Both the position numbers and the translations under genes were made by a program. Below are positions 42,401 to 56,036 of a stretch of DNA of 64,000 nt, in pieces. How positions within the stretch are numbered: the first letter of the stretch is position 1; every line of letters begins with the position of its first letter. The stretch lies in NCBI GenBank assembly GCA_964016885.1, contig OZ024742.1, positions 378,634,001 through 378,698,000 on the forward strand, in the 5' to 3' direction. Source of the DNA: Eledone cirrhosa. Taxonomy: Eukaryota. Below the pieces are notes generated by a model, which was given only the letters and a program-made list of their open reading frames with translations, searched no databases and was not told the DNA's origin.

Positions 42401-43390
42401 TAATGTTATGGTCATTTGTAGTCTATTGTAGCACTGAGCAGTCTATTGTATTAATGTTGTGGTCATTTGTAGTCTATTGTAGCACTGAGCAGTCTATTGT
42501 ATTAATGTTGTGGTCATTTGTAGTCTATTGTAGCACTGGGCATTCTATTGTATTAGTGTTGTGGTCATTTGTAGCTCTATTGTAGCACTGAGCAGTCTAT
42601 TGTATTAATGTTGTGGTCAGTTGTAGTCTATTGTAGCACTGAGCAGTCTTTGTATTAATGTTGTTGTCATTTGTAGCTCTATTGTAGCACTGAGCAGAGC
42701 AGTCTATTGTATTAATGTTGTGGTCATTTGTAGCTCTATTGTAGCAATGAGCATTGTATTGTATTAATGTTGTGGTCATTTGTAGTCTATCATAGCACTG
42801 AGCAGTCTATTGTATTAATGTTGTGGTCATTTGTAGCTCTATTGTAGCACTGAGCAGTCTATTGTATTAATGTTGTGGTCATTTGTAGTCTATTGTAGCA
42901 CTGAGCAGTCTATTGTATTAATGTTGTGGTCGTTTGTAGTCTATTGTAGAACTGAGCAGTCTATTGTATTAATGTTGTGATCATTTGTAGTCTATTGTAG
43001 CACTGAGCAGTCTATTTTATTAATGTTGTGTTCATTTGTAGCTCTATTGTAGCACTGAGCAGTCTATTGTATTAATGTTGTGGTCAGTTGTATTCTATTG
43101 TAGCACTGAGCAGACTATTGTATTAATGTTGTGGTCAATTGTAGTCTATGGTAGCACTGAGCAGTCTATTGTATTAGTGTTGTGGTCATTAGTAGCTCTA
43201 TAGTAGCACTAAGCAGTCTATTGTATTAATGTTGTGGTCAGTTGTAGTCTATTGTAGCACTGAGCAGTCTATTGTATTAATGTTGTGGTCATTTGTAGTC
43301 TATTGTAGCACTGAGCAGACTATTGTATTAATGTTGTGGTCATTTGTAGTCTATTGTAGCACTGGGCAGTCTATTTTATTAATGTTGTTG
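32501..43390. repeat. Tandem segmental duplication: ~32501-37740 and ~37741-43390 (offsets 5240, 5599, 5650)
   Basis: Shared 5-bp GAGCA duplication (37093/42692), adjacent 1-bp deletion, GAGCCGTC, CAGAATATT, GTAGCCCTA and CTATGGTAG. ORF pairs 33468/38708, 34598/40197 and 37579/43229. Confidence 0.93.
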
Positions 43391-46300
43391 TCATTTGTAG
43401 CTCTATTGTAGCACTGAGCATTGTATTGTATTAATGTTGTGGTCATTTGTAGTCTATTGTAGCACTGAGCAGTCTATTGTATTAATGTCATGGTCATTTG
43501 AATTCTATTGTAGCACTGAGCAGTCTATTGTATTAATGTTGTGGACATTTGTAGCTCTATTGTAGCACTGAGCAGTCTATTGTATTAATCTTGTGGCCAT
43601 TTGTAGTCTATTGTAGCACTGAGCAGTCTATTGTATTAATGTTGTGGTCATTTGTAGTCTATTGTAGCACTGAGCAGTCTATTGTATTAATGTTGTGTTC
43701 ATTTGTAGTCTATTGTAGCACTGAGCAGTCTATTGTATTAATGTTGTCGTCATTTGTAGTCTATTGTAGCACTGAGCAGTCTATTGTATTAATGTTGTGG
43801 TCATGTGTAGTCTATTGTAGCACTGAGCAGTCTATTATATTAATGTTGTGGTCATTTGTTGTCTATTGTAGCACTGAGCAGTCTATTGTATTAGTTTTGT
43901 GGTCATTTGTAGCTCTATTGTAGCACTGAGCAGTCTATTGTATTAATGTTGTAGTCAGTTGTAGTCTATTGTAGCACTGAGCAGTCTATTGTATTAATGT
44001 TGTGGTCATTTGTAGCTCTATTGTAGCAATGAGCATTGTATTGTATTAATGTTGTGGTCATTTGTAGTCTATCGTAGCACTGAGCAGTCTATTGTATTAA
44101 TGTTGTGGTCATTTGTAGCTCTATTGTAGCACTGAGCAGTCTATTGTATTAATGTTGTGGTCATTTGTAGCTCTATTGTAGCACTGAGCAGTCTATTGTA
44201 TTAATGTTGTGGTCATTTGTAGTCTATTGTAGCACTGAGCAGTCTATTGTATTAATGTTGTGGTCATTTGTAGCTCTATTGTAGCAATGAGCATTGTATT
44301 GTATTAATGTTGTGGACATTTGTAGTCTATTGTAGCACTGAGCAGTCTATTATATTAATGTTGTGGTCATTTGTTGTCTATTGTAGCACTGAGCAGTCTA
44401 TTGTATTAATGTTGTGGTCATTTGTAGTCTAATGTAGCACTGAGCAGTCTATTGTATTAATGTTGTGGTCATTTATAGTCTATGTGGTCATTTGTAGTCT
44501 ATTGTAGCACTGAGCAGTCTATTGTATTAATGTTGTGGTCATTTGTAGCTCTATTGTAGCACTGAGCAGGCTATTGTATTAATGTTGTGTTCATTTGTTG
44601 TCTATTGTAGCACTGAGCTGTCTATTGTATTAATATTGTGGTCATTTGTAGTGTAATGTAGCACTGAGCAGTCTATTGTATTAATGCTGTGGACATTTGT
44701 AGTCTATTGTAGCACTGAGCAGTCTATTGTATTAATATTGTGGTCATTTGTAGTCTATTGTAGCAATGAGCAGTCTATTGTATTAATGTTGTGGTCATTT
44801 GTAGTCTATTGTAGCACTGAGCAGTCTATTGTTTTAATGTTGTGGTCATTTGTAGATCTATTGTAGCATTCAGCAGTCTATTGTATTAATGTTGTGGTCA
44901 TTTGTAGCTCTATTGTAGCATTGAGCAGTCTATTGTATTAATGTTGTGGTCGTTTGTAGTCTATTGTAGAACTGAGCAGTCTATTGTATTAATGTTGTGA
45001 TCATTTGTAGTCTATTGTAGCACTGAGCAGTCTATTTTATTAATGTTGTGTTCATTTGTAGCTCTATTGTAGCACTGAGCAGTCTATTGTATTAATGTTG
45101 TGGTCAGTTGTATTCTATTGTAGCACTGAGCAGACTATTGTATTAATGTTGTGGTCAATTGTAGTCTATTGTAGCACTGAGCAGTCTATTGTATTAGTGT
45201 TGTGGTCATTAGTAGCTCTATAGTAGCACTAAGCAGTCTATTGTATTAATGTTGTGGTCAGTTGTAGTCTATTGTAGCACTGAGCAGTCTATTGTATTAA
45301 TGTTGTGGTCATTTGTAGTCTATTGTAGCACTGAGCAGACTATTGTATTAATGTTGTGGTCATTTGTAGTCTATTGTAGCACTGGGCAGTCTATTTTATT
45401 AATGTTGTTGTCATTTGTAGCTCTATTGTAGCACTGAGCATTGTATTGTATTAATGTTGTGGTCATTTGTAGTCTATTGTAGCACTGAGCAGTCTATTGT
45501 ATTAATGTCATGGTCATTTGAATTCTATTGTAGCACTGAGCAGTCTATTGTATTAATGTTGTGGACATTTGTAGCTCTATTGTAGCACTGAGCAGTCTAT
45601 TGTATTAATGTTGTGGCCATTTGTAGTCTATTGTAGCACTGAGCAGTCTATTGTATTAATGTTGTGGTCATTTGTAGTCTATTGTAGCACTGAGCAGTCT
45701 ATTGTATTAATGTTGTCGTCATTTGTAGTCTATTGTAGCACTGAGCAGTCTATTGTATTAATGTTGTGGTCATGTGTAGTCTATTGTAGCACTGAGCAGT
45801 CTATTATATTAATGTTGTGGTCATTTGTAGTCTATTGTAGCACTGAGCAGTCTATTGTATTAGTTTTGTGGTCATTTGTAGCTCTATTGTAGCACTGAGC
45901 AGTCTATTGTATTAATGTTGTGGTCAGTTGTAGTCTATTGTAGCACTGAGCAGTCTATTGTATTAATGTTGTGGTCATTTGTAGCTCTATTGTAGCAATG
46001 AGCATTGTATTGTATTAATGTTGTGGTCATTTGTAGTCTATCGTAGCACTGAGCAGTCTATTGTATTAATGTTGTGGTCATTTGTAGCTCTATTGTAGCA
46101 CTGAGCAGTCTATTGTATTAATGTTGTGGTCATTTGTAGCTCTATTGTAGCACTGAGCAGTCTATTGTATTAATGTTGTGGTCATTTGTAGTCTATTGTA
46201 GCACTGAGCAGTCTATTGTATTAATGTTGTGGTCATTTGTAATTTATTGTAGCACTGAGCAGACTATTGTATTAATGTTGTGGTCATTTGTAGTCTATTG

Positions 46301-46996
46301 TAGCACTGAGCAGTCTATTTTATTAATGTTGTGGTCATTTGTATCTCTATTGTAGCACTGAGCATTGTATTGTATTAATGTTGTGGACATTTGTAGTCTA
46401 TTGTAGCACTGAGCAGTCTATTATATTAATGTTGTGGTCATTTGTTGTCTATTGTAGCACTGAGCAGTCTATTGTATTAATGTTGTGGTCATTTGTAGTC
46501 TAATGTAGCACTGAGCAGTCTATTGTATTAATGTTGTGGTCATTTATAGTCTATGTGGTCATTTGTAGTCTATTGTAGCACTGAGCAGTCTATTGTATTA
46601 ATGTTGTGGTCATTTGTAGCTCTATTGTAGCACTGAGCAGTCTATTGTATTAATGTTGTGTTCATTTGTTGTCTATTGTAGCACTGAGCTGTCTATTGTA
46701 TTAATATTGTGGTCATTTGTAGTGTAATGTAGCACTGAGCAGTCTATTGTATTAATGCTGTGGACATTTGTAGTCTATTGTAGCACTGAGCAGTCTATTG
46801 TATTAATATTGTGGTCATTTGTAGTCTATTGTAGCAATGAGCAGTCTATTGTATTAATGTTGTGGTCATTTGTAGTCTATTGTAGCACTGAGCAGTCTAT
46901 TGTTTTAATGTTGTGGTCATTTGTAGATCTATTGTAGCATTCAGCAGTCTATTGTATTAATGTTGTGGTCATTTGTAGCTCTATTGTAGCATTGAG
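42905..46996. repeat. Tandem segmental duplication: ~42905-44925 and ~44925-46996 (offset 2020, then 2071)
   Basis: Shared GGTCGTTT/GTAGAACT (42931/44951), TTTATAGTCTATGTGG, GAGCTGTC, GTGTAATG and CATTCAGC. ORF pairs 43229/45249 and 44684/46755. Confidence 0.9.
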
Positions 46997-47884
46997 CAGT
47001 CTATTGTATTAATGTTGTGGTCAGTTGTATTCTATTGTAGCACTGAGCAGACTATTGTATTAATGCTGTGGTCATTTGTAGCTCTATTGTAGCACTGAGC
47101 AGTCTATTGTATTAATGTTGTGGTCATTTGTAGCTCTATTGTAGCACTGAGCAGTCTATTGTATTAATGTTGTGGTCAGTTGTAGTCTATTGTAGCACTG
47201 AGCAGACTATTTTATTAATGTTGTGGTCAATTGTAGTCTATTGTAGCACTGAGCAGTCTATTTTATTAGTGTTGTGGTTATTTGTAGCTCTATAGTAGCA
47301 CTGAGCAGTCTATTGTATTAATGTTGTGGTCAGTTGTAGTCTATTGTAGCACTGAGCAGTCTATTGTATTAATGTTGTGGTCATTTGTAGTCTATTGTAG
47401 CACCGAGCAGTCTATTGTATTAATGTTGTGGTCATTTGTAGCTCTATTGTAGCACTGAGCAGTCTATTGTATTAATGTTGTGGTCATTTGTAGTCTATTG
47501 TAGCACTGAGCAGTATATTGTATTAATGTTATGTTCATTTGTAGTCTATTGTAGCACTGAGCAGTCTATTGTATTAATGTTGTGGTCATTTGTAGTCTAT
47601 TGTAGCACTGAGCAGTCTATTGTATTAATGTTGTGGTCATTTGTAGTCTATTGTAGCACTGGGCATTGTATTGTATTAATGTTGTGGTCATTTGTAGCTC
47701 TATTGTAGCACTGAGCAGTCTATTATATTAATGTTGTGGTCATTTGTAGTCTATTGTAGCACTGATCAGTCTATTGTATTAGTGTTGTGGTCATTTGTAG
47801 CTCTATTGTAGCACTGAGCAGTCTCTTGTATTAATGTTGTGGTCATTTGTAGCTCTATTGTAGCAATGAGCATTGTATTGTATT

Positions 47885-50800
47885 AATGTTGTGGTCATTT
47901 GTAGTCTATCGTAGCACTGAGCAGTCTATTGTATTAATGTTGTGGTCATTTGTAGCTCTATTGTAGCACTGAGCAGTCTATTGTATTAATGTTGTGGTCA
48001 TTTGTAGCTCTATTGTAGCACTGAGCAGTCTATTGTATTAATGTTGTGGTCATTTGTAGTCTATTGTAGCACTGAGCAGTCTATTGTATTAATGTTGTGG
48101 TCATTTGTAGTTTATTGTAGCACTGAGCAGACTATTGTATTAATGTTGTGGTCATTTGTCGTCTATTGTAGCACTCAGCAGTCTATTCTATTAATGTTGT
48201 GGTCATTTGTATCTCTATTGTAGCACTGAGCATTGTATTGTATTAATGTTGTGGTCATTTGTAGTCTATTGTAGCACTGAGCAGTCTATTATATTAATGT
48301 TGTGGTCATTTGTTGTCTATTGTAGCACTGAGCAGTCTATTGTATTAATGTTGTGGTCATTTGTATTCTAATGTAGCACTGAGCAGTCTATTGTATTAAT
48401 GCTGTGGAGATTTGTAGTCTATTGTAGCACTGAGCAGTCTATTGTATTAATATTGTGGTCATTTGTAGTCTATTGTAGCACTGAGCAGTCTATTGTATTA
48501 ATGTTGTGGTCATTTGTATTCTAATGTAGCACTGAGCAGTCTATTGTATTAATGCTGTGGACATTTGTAGTCTATTGTAGCACTGAGCAGTCTATTGAAT
48601 TAATATTGTGGTCATTTGTAGTCTATTGTAGCACTGAGCAGTCTATTGTATTAATGTTGTGGTCATTTGTAGTCTATGTGGTCATTTGTAGTCTATTGTA
48701 GCACTTAGCAGTCTATTGTATTAATGTTGTGGTGATTTGTAGATCTATTGTAGCACTGATCAGTCTATTGTATTAATGTTGTGGTCATTTGTAGTCTATT
48801 GTAGCGCTGAGCAGTGTATTGTATTAATGTTGTGGTCATTTGTTGTCTATTGTAGCACTGAGCAGTCTATTGTATTAATATTGTGGTCATTTGTAGTCTA
48901 ATGTAGCACTGAGCAGTCTATTGTATTAATGCTGTGGACATTTGTAGTCTATTGTAGCACTGAGCAGTCTATAGTATCAATATTGTGGTCATTTGTAGTC
49001 TATTGTAGCACTGAGCAGTCTATTGTATTAATGTTGTGGTCATTTGTAGTATATTATAGCACTGAGCAGTCTATTGTTTTAATGTTGTGGTCATTTGTAG
49101 ATCTATTGTAGCATTGAGCAGTCTATTGTATTAATGTTGTGGTCATTTGTAGCTCTATTGTAGCATTGAGCAGTCTATTGTATTAATGTTGTGGTCAGTT
49201 GTATTCTATTGTAGCACTGAGCAGAATATTGTATTAATGCTGTGGTCATTTGTAGCTCTATTGTAGCACTTAGCAGTCTATTGTATTAATGTTGTGGTCA
49301 TTTGTAGCTCTATTGTAGCACTGAGCAGTCTATTGTATTAATGTTGTGGTCAGTTGTAGTCTATTGTAGCACTGAGCAGACGATTGTATTAATGTTGTGG
49401 TCAATTGTAGTCTATTGTAGCACTGAGCAGTCTATTGTATTAGTGTTGTGGTCATTTGTAGCTCTTTTGTAGCACTGAGCAGTCTATTGTATTAATGTTG
49501 TGGTCAGTTGTAGTCTATTGTAGCACTGAGCAGTCTATTGTATTAATGTTGTGGTCATTTGTAGCTCTATTGTAGCACTAAGCAGTCTATTGTATTAATG
49601 TTGTGGTCATTTGTAGTCTATTGTAGCACTGAGCAGTCTATTGTATTAATGTTGTGGTGATTTGTAGTCTAGTGTAGCACTGAGCAGTCTATTGTATCAA
49701 TGTTATGGTCATTTGTAGTCTATTGTAGCACTGAGCAGTCTATTGTATTAATGTTGTGGTCATTTGTAGTCTATTGTAGCACTGAGGAGTCTATTGTATT
49801 AATGTTGTGGTCATTTGTAGTCTATTGTAGCACTGGGCATTGTATTGTATTAATGTTGTGGTCATTTGTAGCTCTATTGTAGCACTGAGCAGTCTATTAT
49901 ATTAATGTTGTGGTCATTTGTAGTCTATTGTAGCACTGAGCAGTCTATTGTATTAGTGTTGTGGTCATTTGTAGCTCTATTGTAGCACTGAGCAGTCTAT
50001 TGTATTAATGTTGTGGTCAGTTGTAGTCTATTGTAGCACTAAGCAGACTATTGTATTAATGTTGTTGTCATTTGTAGCTCTATTGTAGCACTGAGCAGTC
50101 TATTGTATTAATGTTGTGGTCATTTGTAGCTCTATTGTAGCAATGAGCAGTCTATTGTATTAATGTTGTGGTCATTTGTAGTCTATTGTAGCACTGAGCA
50201 GTCTATTGTATTAATGTTGTGGTCATTTGTAGCTCTATTGTAGCACTGAGCAGTCTATTGTATTAATGTTGTGGTCATTTGTAGATCTATTGTAGCACTG
50301 AGCAGTGTAATGTATTAATGTTGTGGTGATTTGTAGTCTATTCTAGCACTGAGCTGTCTATTGTATTAATGTTGTGGTCATTTGTAGCTCTATTGTAGCA
50401 CTGAGCAGTGTATTATAATAACGTTGTGGTCATTTGTAGTCTATTGTAGCACTGAGCAGTGTATTGTATTAATGCTGTGGTCATTTGTAGTCTATTGTAA
50501 CACTGAGCTGTCTATTGTATTAATGTTGTGGTCATTTGTAGTCTATTGTAGCACTGAGCAGTCGATTGTATTAATGTTGTGGTCATTTGTAGCTCTATTG
50601 TAGCACTGAGCAGTCTATTGTATTAATGTTGTGGTCATTTGTAGCTCTATTGTAGCACTGAGCAGTCTATTGTATTAATGTTGTGGTCATTTGTAGCTCT
50701 ATTGTAGCACTGAACAGTGTAGTGTATTAATGTTGTGGTCATTTGTAGCTCTATTGTAGTACTGAGCAGTGTATTGTATTAATGTTGTGGTCATTTGTAG

Positions 50801-53800
50801 CTCTATTGTAGCACTGAGTAGTCTACTGTATTAATGCTGTGGTCATTTGTAGCTCTATTGTAGCACTGAGCAGTCTATTGTATTAATGCTGTGGCCATTT
50901 GTAGTCTATTGTAGCACTGAGCAGTCTATTTTATTAATGTTGTAGTCATGTGTAGTCTATTGTAGCACTGAGCAGTCTATTGTATTAATGTTGTGGTCAT
51001 TAGTAGTCTATTGTAGCACTGAGCAGTCTATTGTATTAATGTTGTTGTCATTTGTAGTCTATTGTAGCACTGAGCAGTCTATTTTATTAATGTTGTAGTC
51101 ATGTGTAGTCTATTGTAGCACTGAGCAGTCTATTGTATTAATGTTGTGGTCATTTGTAGTCTATTGTAGCACTGAGCAGTCTATTGTATTAATGTTGTGG
51201 TCATTTGTAGTCTATTGTAGCACTGAGCAGTCTATTTTATTAATGTTGTATTCATGTGTAGTCTATTGTAGCACTGAGCAGTCTATTGTATTAATGCTGT
51301 GGTCATTTGTAGTCTATTGTAGCACTGAGCAGACTATTGTATTAATGTTGTGGTCATTTGTAGCTCTATTGTAGCACTGAGCAGTCTATTGTATTAATGT
51401 TGTGGTCATTTGTAGCTCTATTGTAGCACTGAGCACTCTATTGTATTAATGTTGTGGTTATTTGTAGTCTATCGTAGCACTGAGCAGTGTATTGTATTAA
51501 TGTTGTGGTCATTTGTAGCTCTATTGTAGCACTGAGCAGTCTACTCTATTAATGTTGTGGTCATTTGTAGTCTATTGTAGCACTGTGCAGTCTATTGTAT
51601 TAATGTTGTGGTCATGTGTAGTCTATTGTAGCACTGAGCAGTCTATTGTATTAATGTTGTGGTCATTTGTAGTCTATTGTAGCACTGAGCAGTCTATTTT
51701 ATTAATGTTGTAGTAATGTGTAGTCTATTGTAGCACTGAGCAGTCTATTGTATTAATAATGTGGTCATTTGTAGCTCGATTGTAGCACTGAGCAGTGTAT
51801 TGTATTAATGTTGTGGTCATGTATATTCTATTGTAGTACTGAGCAGTCTATTGTATTACTGTTGTGGTCATGTGTAGTCTATTGTAGCACTGAGCAGTCT
51901 ATTGTATCAATGTTGTGGTCATTTGTAGCTCTATTGTAGCACTGAGCAGTCTATTGTATCAATGTTGTGGTCATTTGTAGTCTATCGTAGCACTGAGCAG
52001 TCTATTGTATTAATGTTGTGGTCATTTGTAGCTCTATTGTAGCACTGAGCAGTCTATTGTATTAATGTTGTGGTCATTTGTAGCTCTATTGTAGCACTGA
52101 GCAGTCTATTGTATTAATGTTGTGGTCATTTGTAGTCTATTGTAGCACTGAGCAGTCTATTGTATTAATGTTGTGGTCATTTGTAGTTTATTGTAGCACT
52201 GAGCAGACTATTGTATTAATGTTGTGGTCATTTGTCGTCTATTGTAGCACTCAGCAGTCTATTTTATTAATGTTGTGGTCATTTGTATCTCTATTGTAGC
52301 ACTGAGCATTGTATTGTATTAATGTTGTGGTCATTTGTAGTCTATTGTAGCACTGAGCAGTCTATTATATTAATGTTGTGGTCATTTGTTGTCTATTGTA
52401 GCACTGAGCAGTCTATTGTATTAATGTTGTGGTCATTTGTATTCTAATGTAGCACTGAGCAGTCTATTGTATTAATGCTGTGGAGATTTGTAGTCTATTG
52501 TAGCACTGAGCAGTCTATTGTATTAATATTGTGGTCATTTGTAGTCTATTGTAGCACTGAGCAGTCTATTGTATTAATGTTGTGGTCATTTGTATTCTAA
52601 TGTAGCACTGAGCAGTCTATTGTATTAATGCTGTGGACATTTGTAGTCTATTGTAGCACTGAGCAGTCTATTGAATTAATATTGTGGTCATTTGTAGTCT
52701 ATTGTAGCACTGAGCAGTCTATTGTATTAATGTTGTGGTCATTTGTAGTCTATGTGGTCATTTGTAGTCTATTGTAGCACTTAGCAGTCTATTGTATTAA
52801 TGTTGTGGTGATTTGTAGATCTATTGTAGCACTGATCAGTCTATTGTATTAATGTTGTGGTCATTTGTAGTCTATTGTAGCGCTGAGCAGTGTATTGTAT
52901 TAATGTTGTGGTCATTTGTTGTCTATTGTAGCACTGAGCAGTCTATTGTATTAATATTGTGGTCATTTGTAGTCTAATGTAGCACTGAGCAGTCTATTGT
53001 ATTAATGCTGTGGACATTTGTAGTCTATTGTAGCACTGAGCAGTCTATAGTATCAATATTGTGGTCATTTGTAGTCTATTGTAGCACTGAGCAGTCTATT
53101 GTATTAATGTTGTGGTCATTTGTAGTATATTATAGCACTGAGCAGTCTATTGTTTTAATGTTGTGGTCATTTGTAGATCTATTGTAGCATTGAGCAGTCT
53201 ATTGTATTAATGTTGTGGTCATTTGTAGCTCTATTGTAGCATTGAGCAGTCTATTGTATTAATGTTGTGGTCAGTTGTATTCTATTGTAGCACTGAGCAG
53301 AATATTGTATTAATGCTGTGGTCATTTGTAGCTCTATTGTAGCACTTAGCAGTCTATTGTATTAATGTTGTGGTCATTTGTAGCTCTATTGTAGCACTGA
53401 GCAGTCTATTGTATTAATGTTGTGGTCAGTTGTAGTCTATTGTAGCACTGAGCAGACGATTGTATTAATGTTGTGGTCAATTGTAGTCTATTGTAGCACT
53501 GAGCAGTCTATTGTATTAGTGTTGTGGTCATTTGTAGCTCTTTTGTAGCACTGAGCAGTCTATTGTATTAATGTTGTGGTCAGTTGTAGTCTATTGTAGC
53601 ACTGAGCAGTCTATTGTATTAATGTTGTGGTCATTTGTAGCTCTAGTGTAGCACTAAGCAGTCTATTGTATTAATGTTGTGGTCATTTGTAGTCTATTGT
53701 AGCACTGAGCAGTCTATTGTATTAATGTTGTGGTGATTTGTAGTCTAGTGTAGCACTGAGCAGTCTATTGTATCAATGTTATGGTCATTTGTAGTCTATT

Positions 53801-56036
53801 GTAGCACTGAGCAGTCTATTGTATTAATGTTGTGGTCATTTGTAGTCTATTGTAGCACTGAGGAGTCTATTGTATTAATGTTGTGGTCATTTGTAGTCTA
53901 TTGTAGCACTGGGCATTGTATTGTATTAATGTTGTGGTCATTTGTAGCTCTATTGTAGCACTGAGCAGTCTATTATATTAATGTTGTGGTCATTTGTAGT
54001 CTATTGTAGCACTGAGCAGTCTATTGTATTAGTGTTGTGGTCATTTGTAGCTCTATTGTAGCACTGAGCAGTCTATTGTATTAATGTTGTGGTCAGTTGT
54101 AGTCTATTGTAGCACTAAGCAGTCTATTGTATTAATGTTGTTGTCATTTGTAGCTCTATTGTAGCACTGAGCAGTCTATTGTATTAATGTTGTGGTCATT
54201 TGTAGCTCTATTGTAGCAATGAGCAGTCTATTGTATTAATGTTGTGGTCATTTGTAGTCTATTGTAGCACTGAGCAGTCTATTGTATTAATGTTGTGGTC
54301 ATTTGTAGCTCTATTGTAGCACTGAGCAGTCTATTGTATTAATGTTGTGGTCATTTGTAGATCTATTGTAGCACTGAGCAGTGTAATGTATTAATGTTGT
54401 GGTGATTTGTAGTCTATTCTAGCACTGAGCTGTCTATTGTATTAATGTTGTGGTCATTTGTAGCTCTATTGTAGCACTGAGCAGTGTATTATAATAACGT
54501 TGTGGTCATTTGTAGTCTATTGTAGCACTGAGCAGTGTATTGTATTAATGCTGTGGTCATTTGTAGTCTATTGTAACACTGAGCTGTCTATTGTATTAAT
54601 GTTGTGGTCATTTGTAGTCTATTGTAGCACTGAGCAGTCGATTGTATTAATGTTGTGGTCATTTGTAGCTCTATTGTAGCACTGAGCAGTCTATTGTATT
54701 AATGTTGTGGTCATTTGTAGCTCTATTGTAGCACTGAGCAGTCTATTGTATTAATGTTGTGGTCATTTGTAGCTCTATTGTAGCACTGAACAGTGTAGTG
54801 TATTAATGTTGTGGTCATTTGTAGCTCTATTGTAGTACTGAGCAGTGTATTGTATTAATGTTGTGGTCATTTGTAGCTCTATTGTAGCACTGAGTAGTCT
54901 ACTGTATTAATGCTGTGGTCATTTGTAGCTCTATTGTAGCACTGAGCAGTCTATTGTATTAATGCTGTGGCCATTTGTAGTCTATTGTAGCACTGAGCAG
55001 TCTATTTTATTAATGTTGTAGTCATGTGTAGTCTATTGTAGCACTGAGCAGTCTATTGTATTAATGTTGTGGTCATTAGTAGTCTATTGTAGCACTGAGC
55101 AGTCTATTGTATTAATGTTGTTGTCATTTGTAGTCTATTGTAGCACTGAGCAGTCTATTTTATTAATGTTGTAGTCATGTGTAGTCTATTGTAGCACTGA
55201 GCAGTCTATTGTATTAATGTTGTGGTCATTTGTAGTCTATTGTAGCACTGAGCAGTCTATTGTATTAATGTTGTGGTCATTTGTAGTCTATTGTAGCACT
55301 GAGCAGTCTATTTTATTAATGTTGTATTCATGTGTAGTCTATTGTAGCACTGAGCAGTCTATTGTATTAATGCTGTGGTCATTTGTAGTCTATTGTAGCA
55401 CTGAGCAGACTATTGTATTAATGTTGTGGTCATTTGTAGCTCTATTGTAGCACTGAGCAGTCTATTGTATTAATGTTGTGGTCATTTGTAGCTCTATTGT
55501 AGCACTGAGCACTCTATTGTATTAATGTTGTGGTTATTTGTAGTCTATCGTAGCACTGAGCAGTGTATTGTATTAATGTTGTGGTCATTTGTAGCTCTAT
55601 TGTAGCACTGAGCAGTCTACTCTATTAATGTTGTGGTCATTTGTAGTCTATTGTAGCACTGTGCAGTCTATTGTATTAATGTTGTGGTCATGTGTAGTCT
55701 ATTGTAGCACTGAGCAGTCTATTGTATTAATGTTGTGGTCATTTGTAGTCTATTGTAGCACTGAGCAGTCTATTTTATTAATGTTGTAGTAATGTGTAGT
55801 CTATTGTAGCACTGAGCAGTCTATTGTATTAATAATGTGGTCATTTGTAGCTCGATTGTAGCACTGAGCAGTGTATTGTATTAATGTTGTGGTCATGTAT
55901 ATTCTATTGTAGTACTGAGCAGTCTATTGTATTACTGTTGTGGTCATGTGTAGTCTATTGTAGCACTGAGCAGTCTATTGTATCAATGTTGTGGTCATTT
56001 GTAGCTCTATTGTAGCACTGAGCAGTCTATTGTATC
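47885..56036. repeat. Near-identical tandem segmental duplication: ~47885-51960 and ~51961-56036 (constant offset 4076)
   Basis: Many private variants are shared (CACTCAGC, GGAGATTT, TTGAATT, ATAGTATCAA, ATAATAACG, CTACTCTA, CATGTATATT). ORF pairs 48041/52117, 48929/53005, 49700/53776 and 51141/55217 all differ by 4076. Confidence 0.95.

Noticed and set aside
36998-42779. Two minus-strand 60-aa ORFs (36998-37180, 42597-42779)
   Set aside because: They are by-products of the local 1-bp deletion and 5-bp duplication, which skip the stops present in all three minus-strand frames of the consensus.
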